Positions 51,066 through 63,651 of a stretch of DNA of 64,000 nucleotides are shown one piece after another. The stretch spans positions 124,001 to 188,000 of the forward strand of contig JAAILG010000033.1 of NCBI GenBank assembly GCA_012026655.1, written 5' to 3'. This DNA comes from Hydrolagus affinis (Eukaryota). Under the pieces are notes generated by a model, which searched no databases, was not told the DNA's origin, and saw nothing but the letters and a program-made list of their open reading frames with translations. How positions within the stretch are numbered: the first letter of the stretch is position 1; every line of letters begins with the position of its first letter. Made by a program: the position numbers and the translations under genes.

Positions 51066-54000
51066 GGCCATTCTTATTCCATGCCCTTCTTCCAATTCAT
51101 AATTATTTGTACAAGCGGCCAATATATTTACGCACTGTATAATTCCTCCACAAATTATTTTGACGTTATTATTTGCCAAACGCTTCCAAATATGGTATAA
51201 ATTCCTGTATTTGCTCACCTAAAACTGAAGAGTCTTTAAAATTAGGGTTTTGCCACTGAATAATTTCTGGAGGGAACTACCGGTTGCAAAATTAAGCTTT
51301 GAGCCTCACTGTATCTGTTTCTCATTGAATACTTTTTGCAAACTATCACGCTCACAAGCTGCACGCACGCTTTGGATCCCAGCACAGCAACAGCCTTCTG
51401 CTTTAGCCTTTCTCTGCCAAAACGTTAGAGACAGATTTTTATTCAATCATTTTGCCTTCGTCCTTCTGCGCTGTGATAAACTCCTTCCACTCCTCCCCCT
51501 TCATTTTCAAAGGGGACGCTCAATAGTTTCCAGGAAAAAATTGTGGCAATACCAAAAACATTGACAATAACTGCATGTAGGATATTTGCATGACATCTTT
51601 GAGCATTTCATGGTTGCACAGGTTTTGAAACACGCAAAGGAAATCTGCCCCATGGTCACGGGAAGCTAATTTTTAGGGGAAAAGCGGAACGTTCAGGTGA
51701 AAACAATCTGAAAACAGGAGAATAAACTGTTTGGCACGGAGATAATGTTAACCCCCTCCTCCCCTCAACCACCCAGCCCTTTGCTGCTCAAATCAAAATC
51801 TGTCAATTAACAACTCTGTGGTCACAGCACTTCAGCAGCATTGAGGAGCAAAGAAAATTTATTAGGGTCTCAAAACAGAGCTGAGGAATCCTAGGAAATG
51901 ACAGGTCTACATGAGGAATGGTGGGAAGTGGGTTTGATGCACACTACGCTGGTTGGCCGGCTGGCTGGTGGCTAGCTGGCACAGGATTTCACAGTCTGCA
52001 GATAGACGCAATAAGTAGTGTTTAGTAGCATGATATCACTGACGCACAGAGGAACCAGCAGAGAAAGCCACAGACCTTGGATCAACAGCAGTAACAGCAG
52101 CTGCATATTCATCGAGTGAAAATGTTTCCTGTTACGGTAAATGTCTTCACTCTCTGAAGATGCTCAGATGCATACAGGCGTGCAGTCTATTGCTCCCAGG
52201 GCATTAGGAAACCCAGCTAAAGCATAAAACTGCTTTTTGATCTGCTGTTAGTACAGCTGGGCTCTGGGAAAGCCTATATAACAAGTTGCTCTGCTGACCT
52301 ATGCAGTAAAGAGCTTACTGACACATTGGACACAGAACTCTTAAACATGTGAGAAATATCACTTGTTGGGATATGAAATGTGCCAGTGGCTTAGAAGATT
52401 ACAGAAGCAATGAGCTTACCTAAACTTACTACTTGACCTCTCTGCCCAGCTATCGGGTTTAAGTCAATCTAATGGCTTACGACAATTGCAATTATCTCAT
52501 CTTTCAGGTAAAGGGATATCACAAAGCACTTCACCGAATGAGATTTGTTACAAATCAAGGGAACATTGTCACAACAATACTAGGAACTATTTTTGATTTT
52601 GCGACTTTTACAAATGGGCAGATAACTCCTATGAGTTTTGCTGCAAAATGTATTGACTGTGTATTTTGTCGGAGAACGGTGCCTGAAATTTGGGCACAGC
52701 AACAAATATCCTACAAACAGCCATTAAGTTATGTGGGATAGCAAATAGTTTGTGCCAGGAATGTCCGACAAATAAGAATGAGATAAGTCACGGATATGTT
52801 ATGCCACAAAATATAGTCAATTCACTTTACAATATATTCTGTAAAGTAATTTGAGACATTGCAATGAAAATAAAGTACTACCTGTATATCTAATGCAAGA
52901 ATTAGTATAATTATTATTATAAGAATTAGTATAATTATTATTACCTATAATAATATCTATCACACACTCATTATCAAAATAAAGCAATATTTTCTTCACT
53001 TGTTACTAATGGGTAATTCCATCATAAATATACATGCAAGAATTGTGTCTTTGACTGTCCCAAGGTTGTCATTTCAAGGCAACACACTTCCTCTCCTTAT
53101 TCAGCCTCCTCGGATGTAATGCTCTTAATCATTCTAAGGGGAAACTGCTCTTTCACTTCCCATACTCTATGTGCCCCTTGTGGATGCTTTACACCTTGTT
53201 TCTTACTGCAAATGGGAGCTGAATAAATGTGTGATCCTGATACCTGTCTGACACTCGGGGGATGATTCTCCATATTGTGTTAAGTTTAGTGTATGTTTGG
53301 GACGAGTGCTTAAATCTGGGAAACCTTGCTATAAGTAGAGAAACAAAGCACTTTTAGTAGGACAAGGCGTACATGTTAGGGTTTCCCTGTCACTTACCAG
53401 CAGCAAAGAGGTAAATACTTTTTCCTGAAAAATTATTTTGCAGAGCTGCTAATAAGGTTTACTGGAGCAAGGTCAATAACTGTACCAAAACGTCACTAGA
53501 CACCAGTGAGAAAAGTATGTTGTTTATTGTCTAATTTCAATGCCTGTGCCTGCATAATGTACATCAACAAGCAGTAAGACTTACAGCCTTCTTCTGATTT
53601 GCAAATACCAAGTATGAGTATGAACTCACCACATCAAGAGTTTCGCAAATTCTTAAATGCAGCCTTAATTTTGAAGTTGACTTTCTGCAAGTTCTTTTTA
53701 AACTACAGAAAATCGACTTCAAAGTTAAGCCTAAATTCCACAATTTCCCAAAATATAATCAATTTACAATGCTGCATAAATAGAGTAAATCTAGCCTCCT
53801 GGTTGATTTGTTTCCCAATAGTAGAGGAAGCGTGTTGCTATTAATAACCTTTCATCTTACAGCATCAAGTTAGTGTATGACTTTGCACACTGAAGTCATG
53901 ATTTACATTCCAGTAACATACAGTACATTTGTACAATATGGAATACATTAAAAGGCGATCAACTTTTTTTTAACTAGACTAGTATGTAATTCCTTAACCT

Positions 54001-55026
54001 TAGCTAAATCGACCACAACAGTGCAGTATTAACCACAAGGTATAAGACGAGAAACCAATTATAATAAAAAGGGAATGTAGTCGCATAGCTAATTTCCATT
54101 TTTTTTGTTCACAGTAAGGCATATATGACACACAATGAACTTTCATACTTCAAAGCATTTTGGATGTGCACCATGACAGATTTGTTGGTATTCTTTTGGC
54201 AGGGTCAGTGCAAAACGAGGGAATGCACAAACAACATGTCAATCCATTGAGAAAACAGAATGTGCTGCACATCTAACAGTGGCGCACAATGCGTCCTGCA
54301 CTAAAGTACTGTGCACAATGCAATACGCTTCATCGCACTTTGGGTCAAAATTAGGCTTTAGTTACACTATATAAAGGACTGCTTCCATTTGATTTGATTT
54401 GATTACACCACATCAGTATCAAAGTAGTGTGTGACATAAACTACTCTATCAAATAGGAAAAAAAAGTAACCATTCAAGGAATGGTAGTTTCGTATATCTC
54501 CCTCTTGAAAAGGAACGACAACAGCATAAGTAAAGTGAGGGGTTTGCACCCAAGCTGGGGTCAGGAGTGGCGGAGGGCATACATATGCACATTCATAGGT
54601 AATTCTGCATTTGTCTTACAAGAAATCTATTTGTCATTTTCTAAGATGCAAGAGCTTTGAACTTCTTTTCAGGTATTATAGCTGGCCTAACTATACACTT
54701 TGTACTTGTATCTAAGCACGCACTTAAACAAGTTAGCAAGTCAACTGTAGTCTTCAGTGAAGTATTTTACCAGTTTATATTGTGAAGCCCATTAAAATGT
54801 GCAGAGGAGGATCTGAGCTGGTATCATTCCAAACAAAGAATTACACCTGGAGCAATCATTTCCAATAGTGTAATAACACTCATTGTCTCTTCCATCAGGT
54901 ATTTTCAAACATGCTCTTTGGACAAAGGAAATGTATCCGATTTTCTTTCAAATCATAATTTTAAGGAACATGCACAAAAATACTCTTCTGTTGGTAAAAA
55001 TTCTTAGCAACAATCTTATGGAGTAG

Positions 55027-55170
55027 NNNNNNNNNNNNNNNNNNNNNNNNNNNNNNNNNNNNNNNNNNNNNNNNNNNNNNNNNNNNNNNNNNNNNNNNNN
55101 NNNNNNNNNNNNNNNNNNNNNNNNNNNNNNNNNNNNNNNNNNNNNNNNNNNNNNNNNNNNNNNNNNNNNN
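55027..55170. other. Assembly gap (144 N)
   Basis: Run of n. Confidence 1.
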
Positions 55171-56039
55171 TCACGATGCTGAAACAAGCCTATCTTAGCA
55201 ATAGATTTGGGTTTGCTTTCTGCACGGTGGCTAAAGGGGTTACCAAGGCTCAACCTCTGTTGTTTGTTTCCCTAATAAAGTGGTAAAACATGAATTCACT
55301 AATTCCCAAGATTCACACACGTATAAAAACGCTGTGCGCACTCAAACTGTTGTTCTTGAGTGAAGCTCACTGTATAGAGCTGTAAAGGTTGGAAGTCTGG
55401 GTGTACTTGGCTTGAAACTAAAGTGTTTGCCCTTTGCCAGTCACCACTCAAGTTGCCTTGTTGCTTGCGGCTTTAATTGAGTCCGGTTTTACTTTACCTC
55501 AAGTTGCGTTATCCATTGCCAGGAGACTAGTGAATTCTCAGCAAATGTCACAGGTCACAAATTCCACCCATGACCTTACCAGAAAATTGGGAATACGATC
55601 TGACAATATTTTTTGACCTACATCTCTGGAAAGAAATTCTTAAAATCATAGGAGTTCAAGTCAGCTTTGTTCTGCGACTCTGGGCACCTCGCTTCTAGGT
55701 GGTTTTCACTAAAAGCACAGCAATTTGAAGAGGTGAGATTCTTTGTGTTATTTGAGGTGATTTGTGCCTGATGCATTTTAGATTTGTTTTTTCCAATACA
55801 ATTCTTCTTTTTTTTTCTCCCCTCATTTTAATGGTACAAATGTCACTTTGTCACTATTTAATATAAATATAATGTTTAATGTATTTGCTCTGGTTATCTT
55901 GCAAGAGGAAATTATATTGCATTTACTGCTCTCTACATCATGTTACCAATTATGATAACCCGAAAATTACAGTAATTTCCAATACTCTGCATTTTTTGTT
56001 TAATGTTAAACGCAGAATACTACAAGCTGACTAAAAATG

Positions 56040-56370
56040 ACAGACCTCATCTGGAGTATTGGGTTCAGTTTTGCTATTCCCCCTACCACACTTTGGAAAG
56101 ATATGTTAGCCTTGGAGGATGTCCAACATTGATTCACTCGGATGATACCTGGGATGAAAGACGCTATAAATGAGTTATATTCCCTCAGAGCTGAAGAGGT
56201 TAAGGTTCAGTTATATTGAGGTGTTTAAAATAATAAAGAGAATTGCCAAATTTTTCTCTGTGAGGGAAATCTAGAAAAAGGGGTTATGCAGTGTTTTTAA
56301 AATTAGAATTAATGGAATCCAGAAAGAATTTTCTCTCACAGAGAAGAATGTGGAATGCACTACCGATCAG
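56040..56370 (+). mobile_element. Degraded CR1 ORF2 fragment
   Basis: RPHLEYWVQF..KDMLALEDVQH*FTRMIPGM. Confidence 0.85.
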
Positions 56371-56419
56371 AGAATTCAATTCAAGATCCTAGACCTCATC
56401 TTCAAAGCCCTCCATGGAT

Positions 56420-56595
56420 ACTAATCTATCCATTCCCTCCGCTCAGCAGGCTCCGGCCTGCTCCATATCCCCCACCCCACCCACCCCATCATCGGTGGGT
56501 GAGCTTTCAGTCACTCTGCCCCCCAACATTTGAATTCCAACCAGCAATCCCACCGCCTCACCCTCTCCCTAGCCTCCTACAAGTCCCAGCAAAGA
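56420..56595 (+). mobile_element. L2 ORF2 C-terminal fragment
   Basis: SLRSAGSGLL..IIGG*AFSHSAP; homologous to 14170-14340. Confidence 0.8.
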
Positions 56596-57004
56596 AACAA
56601 TGCATTGGAACGTCTCAAAGCAAACAGGATTCAAAAGCTAAGGAGCTTCTATTAAATAATAACCTAAAGGAGTAAGGTCAATGAAGATAAGTAAATATAT
56701 TGTATGAAGATAATGGATCATTTAAATCAGTAGCCCACTATGTTAAAGGCAGTAAAAAACCTAATGCCTGCTGTGTCAGTGTGAGATAAATGACATTTCA
56801 GCCCTAGTCATACTCAAGCTTTGGTCTAAACAAGCTACAGCAAGAAGCTATGTCAACGCACTCTCCTTAAGTGGGAGCTAACTGAAGAGTCCAGTCAATG
56901 AGCTTTAAATCACATTGCATGGCATACTTTTATCATTCAGGGTTCCTGCATAACCTCACAGCCTGGTGTTGGACTTCACTAATGGGCTGAAGTAAACCCT
57001 TTTA

Positions 57005-57322
57005 GGAGCTCCTGTGGCTTAGTGATTAGAGCACTTGTCATGCAAGCTGGGGACACCAAGCTGGGGAGGCCTGTATTCAAATCCAGGCAGGTCAGAGCGA
57101 AACTTTGGGCAAGTTTCCTTACTCCACACTCCCAATAATAATCCATCCAAAACACCCCCCAAAAAAAAAACCACACTAATAAAATTGGTCATTTCAATCC
57201 ACTTCAATGTTTGTGGGACGCTGCTGTGCGCAATTGGCTGCCGCGATACGCCCACAAATATACAGTCAATTCACTTTACAGTATATCATGTGAAGCGCTT
57301 TGGGACTTCGATAAGATGTGCA
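57005..57322 (+). mobile_element. tRNA-SINE, short form
   Basis: Head with an internal caagctgggga duplication, ttgggcaagtttccttactccac, Deu-type body. Confidence 0.9.
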
Positions 57323-58016
57323 TCTATTCATGACATAAGAGCCATGAATTGTCTTGAGTACTGCGGGATTCCTTCATTCATTTCAGATTTCCATGCATTA
57401 TTGACATGGGTATTAGAATGTACATGCATGTTCAATCCTCATACAAGTAGTTAAATGCCTTAAGTGAATGTCCATTCAGTGTCTTACACGGTAAGATGCA
57501 TAAGATTTTTTACTATAGCTTAACAAAAATCAAAAAAGCACTGTGGGTCATTCATCAAGCATTGAATGCCTCAAACATCTATATAAAGTATTGAGGTTCT
57601 TACAATGAATGCATTTATTCCATAATGATTTTAAGAATTTTTGAGTGCCACAGATACAATATACATATTTTCCTTCTTCCCTTCTTGGCACACCGAACAA
57701 ATGTATGTTGACTCTCTGACACTGAAAAGCCACACAGTCCAGCTTTGGGGATTTCTATGCACACACTCTGTACTGCTTCTGGGTTGAACTCTTTGGAAGT
57801 AGAATTTCACAACAATAATAAAATGTCATTTGAAAAAAAAAAGGAATGTGTGCTTTTGAACAAAAACTATCCTCTCTGGGCCTCCCACCATTGACATGCC
57901 AAGGACACCTGCTTCCACCAATCTGCCAGTGACAGTATGTGGTTAGTTGTTGGCAGATGCTTGAGTGTGGACCATGTCCTGATGATCTAATCTCCCTCCA
58001 TCCCACTGCTATGCAA

Positions 58017-58265
58017 ATATGAAGTATACAGTCATGTCATTAGCTATGCTAATGTCAGAAGGTATGCAAATACAATTCAGATATTGTAGCAACATATTGA
58101 CCATGTATATTGGCACATCAATAAACAAGACATTGAATACATGGTACAAACATCAACACTCATTATATTGGCATTCCAATATGAAGTATACTGGCATATC
58201 AACGCACAGTGCACATATGAATAGCAGTACACTTAAATATTAATGTATAGTAGGCATATCAACAA
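58017..58265. repeat. Degenerate minisatellite
   Basis: Recurrent tata(c/t)tggca(t/c)atcaa-like units; atatgaagtatac occurs twice. Confidence 0.55.
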
Positions 58266-58559
58266 CAAATTAGATTATGAGTGGTCAAAGAGGAAGGTCT
58301 GAAGACAGTCCGTGAGGGAGGGAGCAAGCCAGAGAGATTCAAAATATCAATGTATAAAGATACTTTTGTCAATTAATAGACAAAAAAAACTCACAAAGCC
58401 ACTAGATGATTGGTGTCCCACAAGACACCAATTCTAAAATGGGACTTGAAATTGTTTTAGTGCCTTATCGCGTCTTTGAGATGTCACAAAGTGCTTCACT
58501 GAAAATACTGTAAAGTGAATAAGCACACTGTAAAGGGTTTTCCTTTGATGGATACAAGT

Positions 58560-58830
58560 GACAATACTGACACCTCAGCACTGAGAGGTCAGATGTTAAA
58601 CTGATCTAGTCTCTGTTCTTCAGGTAGACATTAAAGATCCCATGAGACTATTTGAAAAGAGAAGGGAATTTCCTCCAGATAAAATTGTTATGCAGCTCAG
58701 TGCTGTTGTCATGGGATTTTGATGCGAGTAAAATGGTTGTTGTGGTTACCAACAAATAACAGTCACTACATGTGAAAGCAATTCATATAAAGAGTTTTGA
58801 GACATTCATTATGGTAAGTTGTATCCGTCT
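58560..58830 (+). mobile_element. Deu-domain SINE remnant
   Basis: caggtagacattaaagatcccatgagactatttgaaaagagaagggaa. Confidence 0.75.
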
Positions 58831-59818
58831 TAAATGAAACTGTTGTCCTCAATATCCATTTGGTCTCTATCCAGTAACTGGCACTTTCTGATATTGGATC
58901 CACTGTATCGGTCCTTGCAATCAAAGCACCATTTTATCAAACAGCAGACAAGACTTTGGCCTCTCCTCTCTGCAACCAAGCTACAGGGATCCACTGTCAT
59001 CAGCTTGGAATGCACAAAACCTGCAGTCAAACGTGTCTGAGAAAACCCTTCATCTGTAGGTTATTATGGCAGAAACTCATACTCATGAGACTGTCCACCC
59101 CCAACCCGATTCCCACCGAGACTCTGACAAACCCATCACATGTATGAATACAGGCTGAACCTTTTGACCCAAGTTGAGAATTAGCAAAACGAAAGTCACT
59201 CCTTCACATAACCCCGGGATCTAACGCAACGCGTAAATGATATCGGTTTTATTGGTTGCTGTTTTCATAGACATGTTGAGTTACATAATAAATTTCCTGA
59301 GTTTTTAAACACCTGTTTTGTTTCAAACTACTGTAGCAATCCTTTAGCTCTCTCTGGGGATTGCTCTGGGGGAGATGCCTGTCATATTGCAATGATGTCA
59401 GCAGCCGTAGAGTGTCAGTGAAACAAAAGGCAGCCTCTTGCACAGCAGCATACTCACAATAAGTACAGGCATTGTACCTTCATTTAACTGCAGTACAGAG
59501 GGTCAGGTTGCGACTTCACACCAAGTACTTGCTGAGCAGCGAGTTGCGTGAAGGAACAGTCCACTCAGGGAAGCAGTGGGCTCCATCACTCACTGACCAT
59601 TTCACAAATAATAACCTTAATTGTTAAAAGTGGCCATTTTTAGTGACAAGTACGGGAGAGAACCCTGCAGAGATGAACAGTTATTAAAATCATGAAAGAC
59701 CAAGATAATTTTGGGGGTTAAAAAAAAAGGAGTTAAAAGTTACAAAGAAATGTATGTGACCAGACGTGGTCACCTATGACCATGGTCTATCCAACATTGG
59801 TATTTTAAATATCACTAT

Positions 59819-59852
<34 letters not shown>

Positions 59853-59885
59853 GTTATATCCTCCATGGCTCATGAGATCTTATTC

Positions 59886-60050
59886 ATTGAATCATGGAAT
59901 ATTACAGCACAGAAAGAGGCCATTCAGCCCCATCTTAAGCGCTCTGAGACACCGTCCGGCGTGGAGGGCACTATATAAATCGAAGTTGCTGGTTGGTGTT
60001 GTTATCTTGCCTGTGCCAGCTCTTTGGAAGCGCTACCCAATCAGTCCCAA
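59886..60050 (-). mobile_element. CR1 3' UTR remnant hosting a mini-element
   Basis: aatcatggaatattacagcacagaaagaggccattcagccc..cctgtgccagctcttt. Confidence 0.75.
59937..60003 (+). mobile_element. ~60-bp hairpin mini-retroposon
   Basis: aagcgctctgagacaccgtccggcgtggagggcactatataaatcgaagttg..; TSD atctt at 59932-59936 and 60004-60008. Confidence 0.9.
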
Positions 60051-60539
60051 GCAGAAATCTGTACCAAAAAAGCACAAGTAGAACATAATAATTTATACTG
60101 TGTCCTGTAGTTTGTTGCCTTTCCGTTTATATTCTTACTGTTTTGATAGAATTGGTCATAGACTTCCTTGCTGTGCATGAACTAGATGCCTTCAAGTACA
60201 CAGTCACTGAGCTTTAATTAAACCATGCGATGCATATTGCACTTCTCTAATGTCATCACTGTTTTTGTCCAGGTTAAATGCTGCCGCATTTCGCCCACAA
60301 ATATACAGGCAGTTCATTTGACAGTATATTCTGTGAAGCAATTTGAGACATCTGGAAGACGTGAAAAGCGCTATATCAAATTCAAGGATAATTATTATTA
60401 ATAATAAATGAACTGTGCCACTTCTTAATACCAACCTTCCAATCTTCCCAGAATTGTCTGTGCTTGGTGACCTTGTTCCCTTTTGTTCAGAACCCCATTC
60501 CTGCCAGCTTGATGCATACACCCACTTTCAAATCATTCA

Positions 60540-62330
60540 TGTACCTTGCAAACAACGACAGCCAAAACATGAATCCCTGAGCCATACCATTACTCACCCC
60601 ATCTCATGTTGAGGCAGTTATAAGCACCGCTTCTGCTGAATCAGCCTATTTCCGATCCATTTCCAAAACGTTTCCCCATGTCGTCAACCTTATGCAACCA
60701 ATCTCATCTGTGCCACTATGTCAAAAGATTTGCAAAAGAAAAATCTAAATATATAAAACATCCACGGAGTTCCCCTTGTCCAATAGATTCATCGCACATG
60801 ACTTCCTTCCGATAAAGCCCTGCTGATTCTGTTATTATATTTCTATAGGTGTTTTATTATTCCCTCCTTGAAGATGCCCTCTAATGCTTTATTTTGCTTT
60901 TAGTAAATTCAAATTAAGGTTACCCCTTTCATACCATCACTACTTTTCCTAATGTTTCCCTGAAGTTGCTCCATTGATTTGCTGGCAACTTCCTAAAAGT
61001 AATTTGGTGCAGTCCATCAGTGCCGGGTATCTTACAATAATCCTTGCATTTGATCTAGAGCCTTATCATATCTTCGAGATTTCTCCAAGCACTTCAAAGA
61101 ATATACTGTGAAGTGAATTGACTGTATAATTTTGTGGGTGAAACACGATAGCACACAGCAGTGTCCACAAATAGTTAAGGGTTGAATGATCAATTTTTTT
61201 TTATGAAGGCATTATTATCCCGGGAAAAGCAATCCGCCAGTCAACTAACAACCAGGTTCCTACTTACTGCTAGGTAAACAGAGGCTTGTGGAGTAAGGAA
61301 ACTTGCCCAACCGTTTCGCTCTTCTGGGAATCCAACCCAGGTATTTTGTTTGCAAGGCGAGCATTCTAAACACTGAGCCGCAGACGCCACAATAGTCTTG
61401 TGGCTCTGTTAGTGCCTTCAACCTGTCCATCATCTCTTGCTTTCTGATTTCTGTCATTGTTAATGCTTCCTCTGCAAGTTCTATCTCTGCACTGGGAAAG
61501 CATTCTGTGGTTTCCTTTATGAACAGACACAAAGAAGTCATTTAGACTGTCTCCCTGCACTTGGTCACTTGTTATTTTGTCACCCTTGGGATCTCTCAAA
61601 TCTACTAATCTTTTTCTGTCTAAATGCTACAACTATATTTATAAAAAGACTTTCAGGTCATTATTTGCTGCCCTTAATCCTATTTTCTGTTTTATCTCCC
61701 CTGGCCAATTCCTTTACCTCCTTAATCATATTATTGTATACACCTCTGTCTGCTGTTCCACCTTAGATTTATAGTTGAGGAAAGTCCTTTTTGCCCTTAT
61801 TTTCCCCTGCTGCCCACAATGGCTTCCTTCTTCCTCTGCTGTATTCCTTCCCTAGTGGTATATGGTTACTTTCTACCACTCTCTGTACTCTCTATAATGT
61901 ATTCTGGATACGTATTCCATTTTGTCTTTGCATTCCTGCCGTTTAACAATGTGTATTTTCCAGTTAATCTCTCGTTTTCTCTAAACTTGATGATAAATTC
62001 CATTGTGGTCGCTGTTTCCAAAGTGCTCTAAACTCCCCTTGTTCCACCCCTGGATGTTACACACTGTCAAATCCTAGTACTGTACCTTTCATATAGGTTC
62101 ATTATCTGTTTGAGTTAAGCAACAATCCGGTATTGTGTTCACAAATGGATTTGGCTTTTCCATTCCCATTACAGATCTCACAATGTATTCCCTCGTACAC
62201 CTGGTTAATTAAAATAGGCTTCCGCAACGGTTCCATTGAAAAAAAATCAATAGATTTTGATTCCTGGTCTACACTATTTTTGCTGAACTTAAGTCAAAAT
62301 TATATCTAGGTGCAATGTACTGCCCGCAGC
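60540..62330 (-). mobile_element. Degraded CR1 ORF2 (EN linker to RT) with a nested SINE
   Basis: Minus-strand NQQGFIGRKSCAMNLL, DKGNSVDVLY/LDF..KSFD and VSNGMAQG motifs; many stops; the EN-side boundary is uncertain. Confidence 0.75.
61036..61388 (-). mobile_element. tRNA-SINE, long form, full length
   Basis: Head, CORE-like TTGGGCAAGTTTCCTTACTCCACAAGCCTCTGTTTACCTAGCAGTAAGTAGG, tail; likely TSD acaata at 61034-61039 and 61389-61394. Confidence 0.9.
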
Positions 62331-63591
62331 CAGTATTTTTCAAACCAAAATTTATTTATTTACATGTTTCTGCAGATTAGATATTAAATAGGTCTTGGCA
62401 TGTTTGTTGTGTTTACCTTTACATTAACTTCATCCTCTGAAGCCACCTCCTGTCTCAAGGAAGTCACAAAATCTGTGCACCAGCATAAATTGTAGTTGGC
62501 AACCAGTGACCTCACAAGTTAACTCATCAACCATTTAGTATTGGTTTTGATTTATGATTTGAGTTTCAAATGTCACATACCACAAATGGATTGTAAATTA
62601 TCATGTTCCTTGTATTTGACTCAAACAATTCAGCTTTGTTCTGGCAATAATACAAGCCACAAAGTCAGTGTTATAAACAATTACCCCACCCAAGTCCTTG
62701 TAATATTCTGCTGATGTACAGGATTTAACGCGATTCAAGAGACCCCAAAATCTTCCCTAAGATCAAAGTTAATTCTCTCTATTCAACTTGTTTGGCGAAT
62801 TAACTACCCTTCTAATGTTGCCATATTTTGATCAAATTGAGATATTGCTGATATTCAGCATCTTTGTGTCTGGCCTTTTTATTAAAATAGTCATTCACAT
62901 GACAGACTCTTGAATGACATTATAAACTAACAACTGATATCAGTGTCCTCTGTGGTGTATTTACTATATTTTCTATCACAGGCACAGAACTCTCCTCAGC
63001 CTTGGGCTAATGTGATTCGGAACAGGAATAATAAATCTGGTGTCATGTTCGTGATCTCTTTACTGCTGGAAGTCACAAATGCTTCACATCCAACAGCAGA
63101 AACCGAGCATTAGGAATCACATTGTTGTTTGTTTAACATTCCTTCTCCTACATTCATACTTCACTCATTCTGGGTTCCCTGCCCCCTGGCCCCTCCAGTT
63201 CCACTGAATTCACTGGGGCTAAGAGTAGGTGGGTAAGAGAACAGTCATCTCTCCCGGACGCACTATATGGTTTAATCAGCAGCAGGTCGACATGTAAGCA
63301 TAGGGGAAAGGATTGAATGTTAATTCAACGATGCACTTGGTATTATTTCTAACACATAACACTGACCACTCCCTAGGCTGATAGGCTCTGTATCAATCAA
63401 TCCCTAAAACTTTAATTGCAGCTTAAATAAATATTGATGTAGTTCTACCACACGGCTATACAATCTGTATCTGACCATCAGATTTGTTTTTGTACTGAGA
63501 TTGGATAAGTGGCTGATGCACAAGAAAGCTTTCTCAAGACAAAATACTATAGCAAAAAAAATTCTTCCATCATTCTGGAGTGCGCTCATTT

Positions 63592-63651
63592 AAGCGCTCT
63601 GAGACGCCGCCTGGCCTGGAGGGCGCTATATAAATCAAAGTTGTTGTTGTT
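63592..63651 (+). mobile_element. ~60-bp hairpin mini-retroposon
   Basis: aagcgctctgagacgccgcctggcctggagggcgctatataaatcaaagttgttgttgtt; diverged TSD tggagtgcgctcattt / tggaatgctgtctcattt. Confidence 0.9.

Noticed and set aside
52897-52944. 24-bp tandem duplication
   Set aside because: Ordinary slippage in a SINE (ATT)n tail.
54948-55253. 101-aa ORF
   Set aside because: Artefact of spanning the N gap.
24220-63651. CRISPR-like reading of the recurring ~60-bp palindromic unit
   Set aside because: Copies are dispersed kilobases apart on both strands with TSDs and simple-repeat tails in a eukaryotic context; there is no repeat-spacer array.
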